Below are positions 9,759 to 19,778 of a stretch of DNA of 64,000 bases, in pieces. The notes beneath the pieces were generated by a model. That model did no database searches. It was not told the DNA's origin and was given only the letters and a program-made list of their open reading frames with translations. The DNA is from an uncultured Pseudomonadota bacterium. Lineage in GTDB: Bacteria; Vulcanimicrobiota; Vulcanimicrobiia; Eremiobacterales; Eremiobacteraceae. The stretch lies in assembly GCA_963736005.1 (NCBI GenBank), contig CAVTNB010000001.1, forward strand, positions 32,001 through 96,000, written 5' to 3'. Position 1 is the first letter of the stretch. Every line of letters begins with the position of its first letter. The translations under genes were made by a program, and so were the position numbers.

Positions 9759-9783
9759 CGCGCGAATGAATTCGCGCGACTAC
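9759..9783 (-). repeat. GTAG-type REP palindrome
   Basis: Reverse complement is GTAGTCGCGCGAATTCATTCGCGCG, intergenic. Confidence 0.7.
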
Positions 9784-9813
9784 ATTTTAAAGCGCAGGTG
9801 GCGTCAGGTGTGC

Positions 9814-12800
9814 TTACAGCTTCACCTGGAGCGTCACATATGCTTGAAACGGAATCTTCGTCCCCAAGAATTGCGTATTGTTGTTTCCGTTTTGCACCGT
9901 GTAGGGAAACGCGTAGTTCGGATCTCCGGCTGCGCTGGAGAACGTGCTCGAATTGGGCGCCACGCTGAACGGGAGCGTTGTGTACGTGCAAAAGTCTGCG
10001 CGATCCCAAGGGTAACCGCGCTGATGGCACGCGTCGACAAGGCCGGTCATCGCCAGGGTGAGTTGTGCGGCGTTCGTCAGTGCATAGCCGAGTTGCAGGT
10101 TAGCGGTAATACGCGAGGGCTGCATGAATGCGCCCATATTGTCGAACTTGCCGGTGAAGTCGTCGGGAATTGGGATCGTCGACGAGTTAGCGGTTGCGGG
10201 ATCGCTGCCGATCATGGCAAGCGGTGCCCCGTAAAACGTGCCTGAGGTAAACGTGACCGAAGGCGTTGCCGTGAAGCGTGCATGCTTGTATTGTGCAAGC
10301 AGCGTCGTGGTGATCGGCGGCCCGAAGCCATTGCCTGCGGCGAGCGGTTCTTCAGGCAACACATCATAAGGAACATACGATCCGTTCGGGTCGAAGAGCG
10401 GTTGCACGGGTCTGTTCCAATACGGGTTAGGGGTATCGCCGCCAGCGCAACTTGGGTCCGGGGCGCCGCCCGGCGTGAAGCACTTGGCCGCCCCAGCGCC
10501 CGTGCTCGTGCTGCCGCACACAGCGCTTCCAAATTGCAACTGACCCGCTGCGCTGCCGCCCGCACCGCACGCAGACGTGTAGGCGTTGTACTGTTGCACC
10601 TGATGATTGATGAGGTCGAGCAAATTGAAACCGCTGGCGAACTTAGCGTAGTGGAAACGGCTGTAGTCGTAGGTGAACGCCAAGAGCCCGGAGACTCCGT
10701 CGCTTTGGAAATTGCCTTTCTGAAGCGCGAGTTCAACGCCGAACGATTTCTCGCTCCCCACGTTCACGCCCGATTCGTTGCCGCTCGTGTCGAGCAGGAT
10801 GTTCTCGAATTGTCCCATGGTCCCGCGATAGTACGGCGTCAGCTTGAAGCTCATGTCCGTTCCGTGAAGACGTTGCTCCCACGAAAAATCAACGTTGTGC
10901 GACACATCCGGAACTAAGTCGTGCTGAGGCGAGGTGAAGCCGTACGGAATAAATTTTTGTGCCATGGCCGTTGCGATATCTTGTTGCACCGTTCCGTACT
11001 GCACCCACGAAGCATTCGGCGGTCGAGCATACGTCCCGTACGATGCGCGCAGCGTCGTATCGCCCGAAAGCTGGTACGTTGCGGCCAAACGCGGTTCGAA
11101 GACCGAGTTCGATTCGGTCGAATCGCTCGCCAAGCTGAGCTGGATCGGGCCGCTTCCCGCCGGACACGCACTCGCCGCGCCAGTCGCGGGATCGATGGTT
11201 CGCTGCTGGATCGTAAGATTGGCTGAGGTAACGCAAAACTCGTGGTTCCAAGCATCGATCCAAAACTGACGCGCCGGATAACCATCGGCTTCGTTCACGA
11301 GCCTGTCATCGTAGCGTTCGACGCGCGCGCCTGCGTCCAGCGTCAGCCGATCGTTGGGGCGAAACCGGTCGGCGACCGAAAAGGCAGTAAGGATGGGACT
11401 GACTTGGTTGATGAGGCCGCCCAACCCATTTTCGGTTACGATCCAACGGGCGCCGTTTGTTGCGGCCGGCGTTCCAGCACCCGCGGTGGTGAACGGATCG
11501 AAAACTCCCGAGTTGACGTTCAGGGTCGCCTGCGAGGCCGATGAAAAACAGCTCGTGTACGCCCCGCTCGATTGGTCGTAGCAGTGTATGCCGTCCGTGT
11601 AGCTTCCAATCAAGACGCTGCCGAGAAAATTGCCACCGATCTGTCCGTTAGCTGTCGTTCCGCCACCGAGCAAGAAGTCGAAGCCCGAAGAGTAGCGGTA
11701 CTCTTTCGAACTGGCGATTGACGTCGACAGCGTGAGGAGATGCTTGTCGCTGAGTTGATCCGCCAAGGCGATGCTTCCGCCGAACGTGATTTCAGGCAAA
11801 ATGTATTGCAGGGTTGAGGGTACGGGAATGGGGTCTTCGATGAACCAGTTTGAATACGAACTAAAACCCAAGATGCGCAAGTACGCGTGCGTGCCGATGT
11901 TATGCTGATACTGCAGCTTCGTAAGACTGAACCCATTGTCTGCAACCGCGCGAAGGTTAAGACTGACCGTGCTTTGGAAGCTTCGCATGGCATCTGGCGT
12001 GTCGGGAAAGAGGTACTGACCGACCGCCGCGGTGTTCAGGGGCGCGAAGACCTGACCCGTGTAGATGTATTGATCCGGATACGCAAACGTCGTGCCGAAG
12101 GTTGCTTTCCCACCGAAATCACCAAATGATCCGTACGTAAAGGTGTGCAGGTCGCTTTCAACGTGGAGGAGTTGGAGGTCATCGCTTCCGCTGTCGCTGC
12201 TGTGCGGGATTGCGTAGTGGAGATTGATGACCGATTCGCGATCGCGCGTCTGCGATGCGCCCAGCGTCGTGCCGGGGAGATCAATGGGAGCGCCACTCGC
12301 AGTGAACTGAAATGACGGAAAAAAGAAGCCCGATTGGTTGAGACTCGCGCCGTTGAACGGATCGACGAAGCGATATGACTGATAGGCTAAGGCGCTTGCG
12401 ATGTAATAGGTGAAGCGGTCGTTGGGTGAAGCTCCGCCGTATTCCAACGCGCCTTTTTGGTATCCCGCCGGGAAACCGAAACCGTACGTCAGAGAGCCGA
12501 ACGGTATGCGCGTTCCGGTCTTGACAACCTGATTCACGTAGCCGCTGATGCCTTGGCCATCCGAGCTTGCCGTTGCGCCGCCCGTGTACACTTGCAATTC
12601 TTGCTGACCGAGGTTAGTCAGGAGCGCCTCGGGTGCATTGTCGTAGGAACGGTTCACGGGAACGCCGTCAAACTCATATCCGATTTGGTCTTGATCGCCG
12701 CCGCGGATAAAGATCGGCTGATACCATCCCTGCTGACCTTGCGGAACGTAAACGCCAGGCACTGCAGCAAGCGCGCTGTAGGCTTGATCAACACCGCCCG

Positions 12801-13272
12801 GTCCGGCAAGCGGCAACGCGGCCTTTGCAGCTTCTGGCGTCACCGAGTAAAGATCGATAGTCTGGCCTGGGCGCACCAAACCAATCCCTGTTCGCGCGAC
12901 CACTCGTCCAAGCGATTTCACCTCAGACATCATGGTGATGTTGAGGTTGAGCTGCACGTCGGCTTGAATCGTCACCCCGGTTTGCGAATATGGCTGATAG
13001 CCGTCCTTCGTGGCGCTCAACGTGTATGTATCGGGAGAAAGCGAAAGGAACGTATAGCGACCCCGCGCATCGGTCATCGTGCCGGCGGAGCCCGAAGGGG
13101 CGATCATGTGAACTTGGACGCCGGAAAGCGGCGCCGCTGTCGTCGCATCATCGATGCGACCACTAATGCCGCCGGTGGTTCCGCCAAGAATCGGTATGCA
13201 CCAAGCAAAGATGGCGGCGCCCGCCACGAAGGAGACAATAAGACGCACTGCGCGGCTCGCTTTGGATTGCAT
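9814..13272 (-). CDS. TonB-dependent receptor with N-terminal carboxypeptidase-regulatory-like domain
   Basis: GTTGGISG...LSPDTYTLSATKDGY, plug motif IRGGDQDQIGYEFDGVPVN, beta-barrel ending in a hydrophobic strand; 1152 aa. Confidence 0.85.
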   Translation of the reverse strand: MQSKASRAVRLIVSFVAGAAIFAWCIPILGGTTGGISGRIDDATTAAPLSGVQVHMIAPSGSAGTMTDARGRYTFLSLSPDTYTLSATKDGYQPYSQTGVTIQADVQLNLNITMMSEVKSLGRVVARTGIGLVRPGQTIDLYSVTPEAAKAALPLAGPGGVDQAYSALAAVPGVYVPQGQQGWYQPIFIRGGDQDQIGYEFDGVPVNRSYDNAPEALLTNLGQQELQVYTGGATASSDGQGISGYVNQVVKTGTRIPFGSLTYGFGFPAGYQKGALEYGGASPNDRFTYYIASALAYQSYRFVDPFNGASLNQSGFFFPSFQFTASGAPIDLPGTTLGASQTRDRESVINLHYAIPHSSDSGSDDLQLLHVESDLHTFTYGSFGDFGGKATFGTTFAYPDQYIYTGQVFAPLNTAAVGQYLFPDTPDAMRSFQSTVSLNLRAVADNGFSLTKLQYQHNIGTHAYLRILGFSSYSNWFIEDPIPVPSTLQYILPEITFGGSIALADQLSDKHLLTLSTSIASSKEYRYSSGFDFLLGGGTTANGQIGGNFLGSVLIGSYTDGIHCYDQSSGAYTSCFSSASQATLNVNSGVFDPFTTAGAGTPAATNGARWIVTENGLGGLINQVSPILTAFSVADRFRPNDRLTLDAGARVERYDDRLVNEADGYPARQFWIDAWNHEFCVTSANLTIQQRTIDPATGAASACPAGSGPIQLSLASDSTESNSVFEPRLAATYQLSGDTTLRASYGTYARPPNASWVQYGTVQQDIATAMAQKFIPYGFTSPQHDLVPDVSHNVDFSWEQRLHGTDMSFKLTPYYRGTMGQFENILLDTSGNESGVNVGSEKSFGVELALQKGNFQSDGVSGLLAFTYDYSRFHYAKFASGFNLLDLINHQVQQYNAYTSACGAGGSAAGQLQFGSAVCGSTSTGAGAAKCFTPGGAPDPSCAGGDTPNPYWNRPVQPLFDPNGSYVPYDVLPEEPLAAGNGFGPPITTTLLAQYKHARFTATPSVTFTSGTFYGAPLAMIGSDPATANSSTIPIPDDFTGKFDNMGAFMQPSRITANLQLGYALTNAAQLTLAMTGLVDACHQRGYPWDRADFCTYTTLPFSVAPNSSTFSSAAGDPNYAFPYTVQNGNNNTQFLGTKIPFQAYVTLQVKL

Positions 13273-13361
13273 GAAGCCTCCTCGCTGATACGGTGCAGAA
13301 GTTTGACAAGACTGAACGAATCTACTACCATTGCACTTATCATCGCCGGAGATAGCTACGC

Positions 13362-14732
13362 ATGCCGACCATCGCTTCGGAACGAGGCGCGAAGAAGCTC
13401 CCCCAGCGGTCCGTTGAAGGGGTCCAGGTAGCTCAAGAGATCGTGTGCCGCGTCTTCGCGGGCGTGCATGCCGGCATATCGGTCGTCCTTGCCGACGGCA
13501 CGGTTCTGCGCGAGCCGGATGAGCCTCTTGAGGCTACGATCGTCCTCAATCACCCAGCCGTCCTGCGAGCGCTGCTCAGACGAACCTCTGATCTCGGGGC
13601 CGGCGAAGCGGTCGCGCGCGGCGATCTCGACGTCGAGGGTGATATCGAGCGCGGACTCGCGGCGATGGACATCGTCGCCGATACGCGTACGCCCAAAGAG
13701 TGGATAGCGATCGCAGCGCTCGCGACGAAGCTGCCGGCGCCTCCACGCGAACCGGTGATCCGAGATGGCCGTCGCCCCGCGCGGCTTCGCGGTCGGGTAC
13801 ATTCGCTCCAGCGGGATCGCGAGGCGATCGCCTACCACTACGATGTCTCGAACGACTTCTATGCGCTGTGGCTCGATGAGAGTATGACGTACTCGTGCGC
13901 GTACTTCCAAGATCAGGCTGATACGCTCGACCGCGCGCAACGCAATAAGCACGACCTCATCTGCCGAAAACTCCGCCTCCGCAGCGGCGAGCGTCTGCTT
14001 GACGTTGGTTGTGGTTGGGGAGGCCTTGCGAGATTCGCGGCGCGAGAGTACGGCGTCAGCGTCGTTGGCGTCACCTTGAGCCGAAGGCAGGCCGAATACG
14101 CACAGGCTCGCAACGCCCGAGAAGGTCTCGAGCGGCGGTGTCGGATTGAGCTGCTGGATTATCGCGAGCTTGCCGCCCTTGGAGCGTTTAATAAAGCGGC
14201 GAGCGTCGGCATGGTCGAGCATGTGGGCGACGCCAACTTGGGCGAGTACTTCGACGCGGTGTTTTGTGCCCTCGTGCCCGGGGGACTCTTCCTCAATCAT
14301 GGCATCATCACGCAGCAGGCGAAAGCCACAGGCGTGCGAGCGTTTGCCGAGCGTTTTTTCCCGCGTCGGTCGCGTTTTACAGAAAGCTACGTGTTCCCCG
14401 ACGGTGAAATGCCTCACTTGCCCGTGATGGCTGAGGCTGCGCAACGCGCCGGCTTCGAACTGAGAGACGTCGAGAACCTCCGCGAACACTATGCGCAGAC
14501 GCTTCGTCATTGGGCACAGCGCCTTGCTGCGAGGGAGGCCGCAGCGCGATCTATCGTCGGTGACTCCACCTACAACGTCTGGCGCTTCTGGCTCGCAGGG
14601 TCTGCGCACAGCTTCGCAATAGGCCGCCTTGGGGTGGTGCAGATGCTGCTTGCAAAGTGGACGGCGGACGCGCGGGCGCATGTACCCGCGACACGCGCCG
14701 ACATCTACGCCGGCCCTCTCGCCGGAAAATAA
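13362..14732 (+). CDS. cfa: Cyclopropane-fatty-acyl-phospholipid synthase family SAM methyltransferase
   Basis: IAYHYDVSNDFY, MTYSCAYF, LLDVGCGWGG, SVGMVEHVG, HYAQTL motifs. Confidence 0.9.
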   Translation: MPTIASERGAKKLPQRSVEGVQVAQEIVCRVFAGVHAGISVVLADGTVLREPDEPLEATIVLNHPAVLRALLRRTSDLGAGEAVARGDLDVEGDIERGLAAMDIVADTRTPKEWIAIAALATKLPAPPREPVIRDGRRPARLRGRVHSLQRDREAIAYHYDVSNDFYALWLDESMTYSCAYFQDQADTLDRAQRNKHDLICRKLRLRSGERLLDVGCGWGGLARFAAREYGVSVVGVTLSRRQAEYAQARNAREGLERRCRIELLDYRELAALGAFNKAASVGMVEHVGDANLGEYFDAVFCALVPGGLFLNHGIITQQAKATGVRAFAERFFPRRSRFTESYVFPDGEMPHLPVMAEAAQRAGFELRDVENLREHYAQTLRHWAQRLAAREAAARSIVGDSTYNVWRFWLAGSAHSFAIGRLGVVQMLLAKWTADARAHVPATRADIYAGPLAGK

Positions 14733-14796
14733 CGACCGGTGGCGGGTCCGAGCTAGAGCGCAGTCGAAAGCCCTCGTCGCTATGGCTGCTGAAGTA

Positions 14797-16248
14797 ATGA
14801 AGACGCTGTTTTTGAATCCGCCGAGCTATGAGGGTTTTGACGGCGGGGCCGGCGCGCGCTACCAGGCGCGGCGTGAGATTCAAGTCGTTCTGGTATCCGA
14901 CTTGGCTGGCGCAGCCCGCCGCGATGGTTCCCGGCAGCCGGCTGATCGATGCGCCGCCCGATGGGCTTACCGTGGATCAAGTGGCTCCGCTGGCCAAGGA
15001 TTACGAACTGGCCGTGCTGCACACCAGCACGCCGTCGTTTCCCAACGACGCGAAATTTGCCGCGCACCTAAGGAAGTAGAATCCCAAGATCATGGTCGGC
15101 ATGGTCGGCGCGCACGTCGGCGTGCTGCCGCTGCAGTCCATGAACGCCGCGCCGGCGGTGGATTGGGTGGCGGTCGGCGAGTTCGATTATATCTGCGCGG
15201 ACATTGCCGCGCGCAAGCCGCTGCAAGGATGTTGGCGGCATCGCCTATCGCGATAACGGGCGCGTCGACGTTCACGCCGCCGCGGCCCACGATTGAGAAC
15301 ATGGATGAGCTGCCGTTCGTCGATGGACGTCTACAAGCGCGACCTGACGATTGAAAACTATTTCATCGGCTATTTGCAGCATCCCTACGTGTCGCTCTAT
15401 ACGGGGCGCGGATGCCGGTCGAAGTGCACGTTCTGCCTGTGGCCGCAGACGCTGGGCGGGCATCGCTATCGCGTGCGCAGCGCGGACAACGTGGCAGCGG
15501 AAATGGCGCTGGCGAAGAAATATTTCCCGCAGGTGCGCGAATTTTTCTTCGACGACGATACGTTCACCGACGATCTGCCGCGCGCCGAAGAAATCGCGCG
15601 GCGACTCGGGCAAGCTGGGCCTGACCTGGTCGTGCAACGCGAAGGCCAACGTGCCGCGCAAGACGCTCGAAATCATGAAGGACAACGGGCTGCGCCTGCT
15701 GCTGGTTGGCTACGAATCCGGGAACCAGCAGATTCTGATCAACATCAAGAAAGGCGTGCGCCTGGATATCGCGCGCGAGTTTTCGCGCAACGCGAAGGAA
15801 CTGGGAATCAAGATTCACGGCACGTTCATCCTCGGACTTCCCGGCGAGACGCCGGAGACGATCCGCGAGACCATCCGGTTTGCGTGCGACATCGATCCGG
15901 AAACGATTCAGGTTTCGCTCGCCGCGCCCTATCCGGGCACCGAACTCTACCGCCAGGCGCAGGAGCAGGGCTGGCTGCAGAATGCAGAGCGGCGAACTGG
16001 TGGATCACGCACGGCATTCAGACCGCGGCGATGAATTATCCGGGCCTGAGCTCGACGGTGATTTTCAATTCGCGTCGAGGAGTTTTACCGGAAGTTTTAT
16101 TTCCGCCCGCGCAAGATGTTCTCGCTGTTCGGCGGAATGCTGCGCGATCCGCGAAGTGATGAAGCGGCGGCTGCGCGAGGGCGTCGAATTCTTCAAGTTC
16201 CTGCGCGAACGAAAAGACGAGCGTCCGTCCGTGAAGCTGGGCGCGTAG
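14797..16248 (+). pseudogene. hpnJ: Hopanoid-associated radical SAM protein HpnJ, with multiple frameshifts
   Basis: MKTLFLNPPSYEGFDGGAGARYQ, SFWYPTWLAQPAA, GRGCRSKCTFC (CxxxCxxC), FFDDDTF. The pieces lie in all three frames, with an in-frame TAG at 15077. Confidence 0.85.
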
Positions 16249-16250
16249 CG

Positions 16251-17060
16251 CTACTCCGTGTAACCGAGCATGTAGATTCCAAGCGCCATAGCGAAAAAAG
16301 TCCACAGCGTCGCGCCCAGACGACCCTTTAAGATTCCCCCATCCGCCAGAAGTTTCGCCGCCGCAAATCCCAAGCCCACAACGGAAAACCACAGGTGCTC
16401 GTGCTTGACCTCGCTCATGGAGGCCATCAAGGTCTTCATAACGGGGTTGGAGGACATTGCCGCATTAGACATGTGCTGCATTAATTGTTGCGTTTCTGGT
16501 CCACCATGCTTGTGGAAGAAAAGGAAGATGGCGCCAAAAACCGCGAGGCTCGGAACAGCATAGACCCGCAGCAAGGGCGGCAGGCGGTCCGCCGCGCGAA
16601 GTAATTCGATAATCGCGAGCAACAGCAGGAGAAGCACAAAAGCGCGGTGCTGTTGCACCGAAGGGTCGGCAAAACTGATCCAAAACCCGTAGGGGCCATT
16701 CGGCCAAGTCTTCGGGTCGTTGCGCAGAACCAGGAATTCTACCAATCCGAACAACATGAGCGGCGGCACAAAACGTACCCATGTGCGGCGCGGCCACTGC
16801 AAACCGGCGAACAGCGCGGTCAATCCCCACAAGAACAGAAAAAAACCGGCGCCCCGGTGATTGAACACCGACCACTGTGTGCCCGAGACAGGCGTTGCCG
16901 GAAGCATCTCTGGGTTCTGCATGGTCTGGCTGGATTGCATGGTACCCATTGGCGTGGGAGTCGGCGTCGAGTCGCCCTTGGCGGCGGACAAAGAGAAATA
17001 TCCAAAAAAAATGCAGGGAAGTATGAGGGCGACCGTTATTACGCGACCGCATCGGATCAT
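16251..17060 (-). CDS. Multi-pass membrane protein with His residues at helix ends, function unknown
   Basis: Signal-like N-terminus, about 6 hydrophobic helices, NHRGAG/QQHRAF/FHKH/KHEHLW motifs, Met-rich loops. Confidence 0.7.
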   Translation of the reverse strand: MIRCGRVITVALILPCIFFGYFSLSAAKGDSTPTPTPMGTMQSSQTMQNPEMLPATPVSGTQWSVFNHRGAGFFLFLWGLTALFAGLQWPRRTWVRFVPPLMLFGLVEFLVLRNDPKTWPNGPYGFWISFADPSVQQHRAFVLLLLLLAIIELLRAADRLPPLLRVYAVPSLAVFGAIFLFFHKHGGPETQQLMQHMSNAAMSSNPVMKTLMASMSEVKHEHLWFSVVGLGFAAAKLLADGGILKGRLGATLWTFFAMALGIYMLGYTE

Positions 17061-17102
17061 CAGTGACTCCTTGATTAAGACGAAGCCGAGCTTGCCGTAC
17101 AG

Positions 17103-17828
17103 TTACTGTTGTGGAAATCCCTTTTCAGAACAGGTTTCGCAACCTTCGTGCGTCGGAGCAATACCTGGCAGGCGAACGGTAAAACTAGCCCCATGCGAGC
17201 TTGAGGCGGCAGCGGTGACCAAGCCGCCGTGCGCTTCGACGAGTTGCTTGACGATCGCGAGTCCGTAGCCCGAACCGTCGGTGTCAGCGCTCGCTAACCC
17301 TCGGACACCGGCTTCGAATACCTCGTTGACCTCGCTTTCGCGTATGCCCGGTCCGCTGTCGGAAATGCGGACCTGCAACTGATCGCCTGGGTGGTCGCAG
17401 TCCACAGACACGGTGCCGCCCCGCGGCGTGTAGCGGACGGCGTTGAGCAAAATATTTTTGACGATTTGCCCGATGCGGGCTGGGTCGCCGTAAAACTGCG
17501 CGCACCTCGCCGACGGCATCGCACAGCGATGAATGGAGACCTTTATGTCCTTGGCGCGCGCGACTGCCTCGATTGCGGCGTATTCGTGGTCGAGGAGCTC
17601 GCAGACGTTCATGAGGGTCGGGTGCAGCGACATCTGTACCTTTGGGCCAATGTCACCCAGGTCGTCGATAAGCGAATCGAGCTGGCTGAGCGCTTGAAGG
17701 ATGCCGAGCAGCCGCTCGGGAGTGGGAGCGAATTTGCCGTCGATGAGACCTTCCAGATTCGCCTTCGCCACTGCGAGCTCGTTGCGCATTTCGTGGATCA
17801 ATTCCGCGAGCTGTGTTGGTGCTTTCAT
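17103..17828 (-). CDS. Histidine kinase (HisKA plus HATPase) without TM or sensor domain
   Basis: HEMRNEL H-box, NILLNAVRY N-box, DSGPGI and GYGLAIV G-boxes. Confidence 0.9.
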   Translation of the reverse strand: MKAPTQLAELIHEMRNELAVAKANLEGLIDGKFAPTPERLLGILQALSQLDSLIDDLGDIGPKVQMSLHPTLMNVCELLDHEYAAIEAVARAKDIKVSIHRCAMPSARCAQFYGDPARIGQIVKNILLNAVRYTPRGGTVSVDCDHPGDQLQVRISDSGPGIRESEVNEVFEAGVRGLASADTDGSGYGLAIVKQLVEAHGGLVTAAASSSHGASFTVRLPGIAPTHEGCETCSEKGFPQQ

Positions 17829-17838
17829 CGTGTATCCC

Positions 17839-18579
17839 TCAAGCCTGCGGGTTCTTCGCCATCTTGTAGCCCACTCCAAACACCGTCAAGACGTACTTCG
17901 GATTCGCGGGTTCGACCTCGACTTTATGCCGCAGATTTGCGATGTGACGGTCAAGCGTGCGGTCAAACACTTCGAGATCATCTGCCCTGGTGGCATCGAG
18001 GAGTTGCGAGCGCGTGAAAGTCCGCCCAGGATGCGTGGCCAGGGCTTCGAGGATGCGAAATTCTGTTGGCGTCAGCGAAACTTCCTGACCGCCAATCCAC
18101 ACCTCATGGTTTTCGGGATCGATACGAAGGTCGCCGATGACGAGCAGCGGCGCGTTCTGTTGCCCCGCATTCGTCAGCGCGCTGTTATGCGTCGGGGGTG
18201 GCTGAGAGTTTCCGGAGCGCCGCAGGACGGCCTTGACTCGTGCGACCACTTCGCGCGGACTGAAGGGCTTGGTGATGTAGTCGTCAGCACCAAGCTCGAG
18301 ACCGATGATTCTATCGATCTCATCCGTCCGCGATGTGAGCATGAGAATCGGCGTATCAGCCTCGGCCCGCATGAGACGGAACACATCGAGGCCCGACATT
18401 TCCGGCAGCTTGAGATCCAAGATCACGAGGTCCGGCCGGTGCGAATTGAACGTTTCCACTGCCTGGCTTCCGTCATGGGCCTTGCTGACAATGAACCCCT
18501 CGTCGGTGAGATACCGTTCCAGCACCTCGACGATCTTGGGTTCATCGTCCACCAGGAGTATTTTTTTAGCCTCGGCCAC
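17839..18579 (-). CDS. OmpR/PhoB-family response regulator
   Basis: LLVDDE, LDLKLP, GADDYITKPF and winged helix ending TVFGVGY. Confidence 0.95.
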   Translation of the reverse strand: MAEAKKILLVDDEPKIVEVLERYLTDEGFIVSKAHDGSQAVETFNSHRPDLVILDLKLPEMSGLDVFRLMRAEADTPILMLTSRTDEIDRIIGLELGADDYITKPFSPREVVARVKAVLRRSGNSQPPPTHNSALTNAGQQNAPLLVIGDLRIDPENHEVWIGGQEVSLTPTEFRILEALATHPGRTFTRSQLLDATRADDLEVFDRTLDRHIANLRHKVEVEPANPKYVLTVFGVGYKMAKNPQA

Positions 18580-18614
18580 GAGTGTTCATTCGTGGCCGAG
18601 GACGGGTTCCACTA

Positions 18615-19778
18615 CTAGTGCAGCGCACCAATCGTCGTGGCGTACCATAGCTGGCCCTGAAACGTCGGAGTTGCCCCTTGATTCAGAGATGCCTGGAGGT
18701 TGAAGATCAAGCCGTTGGCGTTTCTGTCGGTGACGTGATGATTCACAAACCACACGGCGTTGACGTAGTTATAGTGCGTTGAGGTTCCCAGCCCATCGTT
18801 CGTATACTCGTTGCGATAGGATAGGATCACCTGATTGTTCAGCACCGGTTCCCAGGCTTCCGCGGTATAGGCCGTTGACGTCGCGGCTCCTAAACCAGCG
18901 CCAGCGTGGCCATCATAGCCGCGCTGGTAGACAACCAGTGCGCCAGGGAATCCCCGGGTAGGATCCACTTCGGCATAACCCGCCGCGCCGTTGTAGCGGT
19001 CGATTTGTCCATCGGAAGTTTGAAACGTTCCGGTGCCGCCATAAGCGCCGATCTCAACCGGTTTGTATCCTTGCGCGTCGACCACTCGCCATTGGACGGT
19101 TTTTTCGGTGCTCGAACTCCAATCAAGCGCGCCGTTGGTACCACCAATGTCTCCGCTGGGTCCCAGATAACCAATTTCGGCTGTCAACCAGTCATGCGTG
19201 TACGCGAGCTTGCTTCCCCATCGATTGGTGGAGAAGGGCCACACGTGCTCTCCAACGGTGATCGCCGGCGTATTGAATGCCGCTAGGTCGAAGAACTGAC
19301 TGTATGGCGACGGTGCTGGCGCTTCGATCTTGCCGACAAACAAGTGGCCATCACGATGCAACAGATTGTTGTACGTCACCCACATCGTATCGTAGAAGCC
19401 GGAGCCGTCGTGCGATTGGATCCAGCCATGGAAGTGATAGGTCCAATCATCGCCGATGTAGCCAGCCCCGTGCACCGAGAGGTTACCCCATATAAGTGAA
19501 TGCGGTTCCGTCGGATCTCCGGTATCGTAGGTTACCTGCTCGCCGACCCAGATCGGCATAGCGTGGCGGATCGTTGCGGAATCCAGCGACGCGTACCCGG
19601 TTCGTTGGACGTAACGGCCATAGGCGTTTAGCGCGGGGACGACGGTATGGCAGACCTGGCAATCCATACCGTACGCCTGCGCAAAAGGCGGCATAGCCTG
19701 GGTGGGCCGCACCGCCTCAATCACCCAGGTTAGCGCGAAGAGCCAGGCGATCAGAATGGTCGCGCGCCGGAACTTCAT
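18615..19778 (-). CDS. Cyc2-like outer-membrane monoheme cytochrome c-porin fusion
   Basis: Signal peptide, then MPPFAQAYGMDCQVCHTVVPALNAYGRYVQRTGY (Cyc2-type heme motif), followed by amphipathic aromatic-rich beta strands. Confidence 0.75.
   Translation of the reverse strand: MKFRRATILIAWLFALTWVIEAVRPTQAMPPFAQAYGMDCQVCHTVVPALNAYGRYVQRTGYASLDSATIRHAMPIWVGEQVTYDTGDPTEPHSLIWGNLSVHGAGYIGDDWTYHFHGWIQSHDGSGFYDTMWVTYNNLLHRDGHLFVGKIEAPAPSPYSQFFDLAAFNTPAITVGEHVWPFSTNRWGSKLAYTHDWLTAEIGYLGPSGDIGGTNGALDWSSSTEKTVQWRVVDAQGYKPVEIGAYGGTGTFQTSDGQIDRYNGAAGYAEVDPTRGFPGALVVYQRGYDGHAGAGLGAATSTAYTAEAWEPVLNNQVILSYRNEYTNDGLGTSTHYNYVNAVWFVNHHVTDRNANGLIFNLQASLNQGATPTFQGQLWYATTIGALH

Noticed and set aside
13356..14681. 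441-aa minus-strand ORF (likewise 12457-13431, 17701-18618, 23653-24399, 32533-33192, 49559-50230)
   Set aside because: Antisense shadows of well-supported genes in GC-rich DNA, with no recognisable motifs.
15077..15079. In-frame TAG in hpnJ as possible pyrrolysine or recoding
   Set aside because: It sits among many indels, at no recognisable catalytic position; error or decay is simpler.
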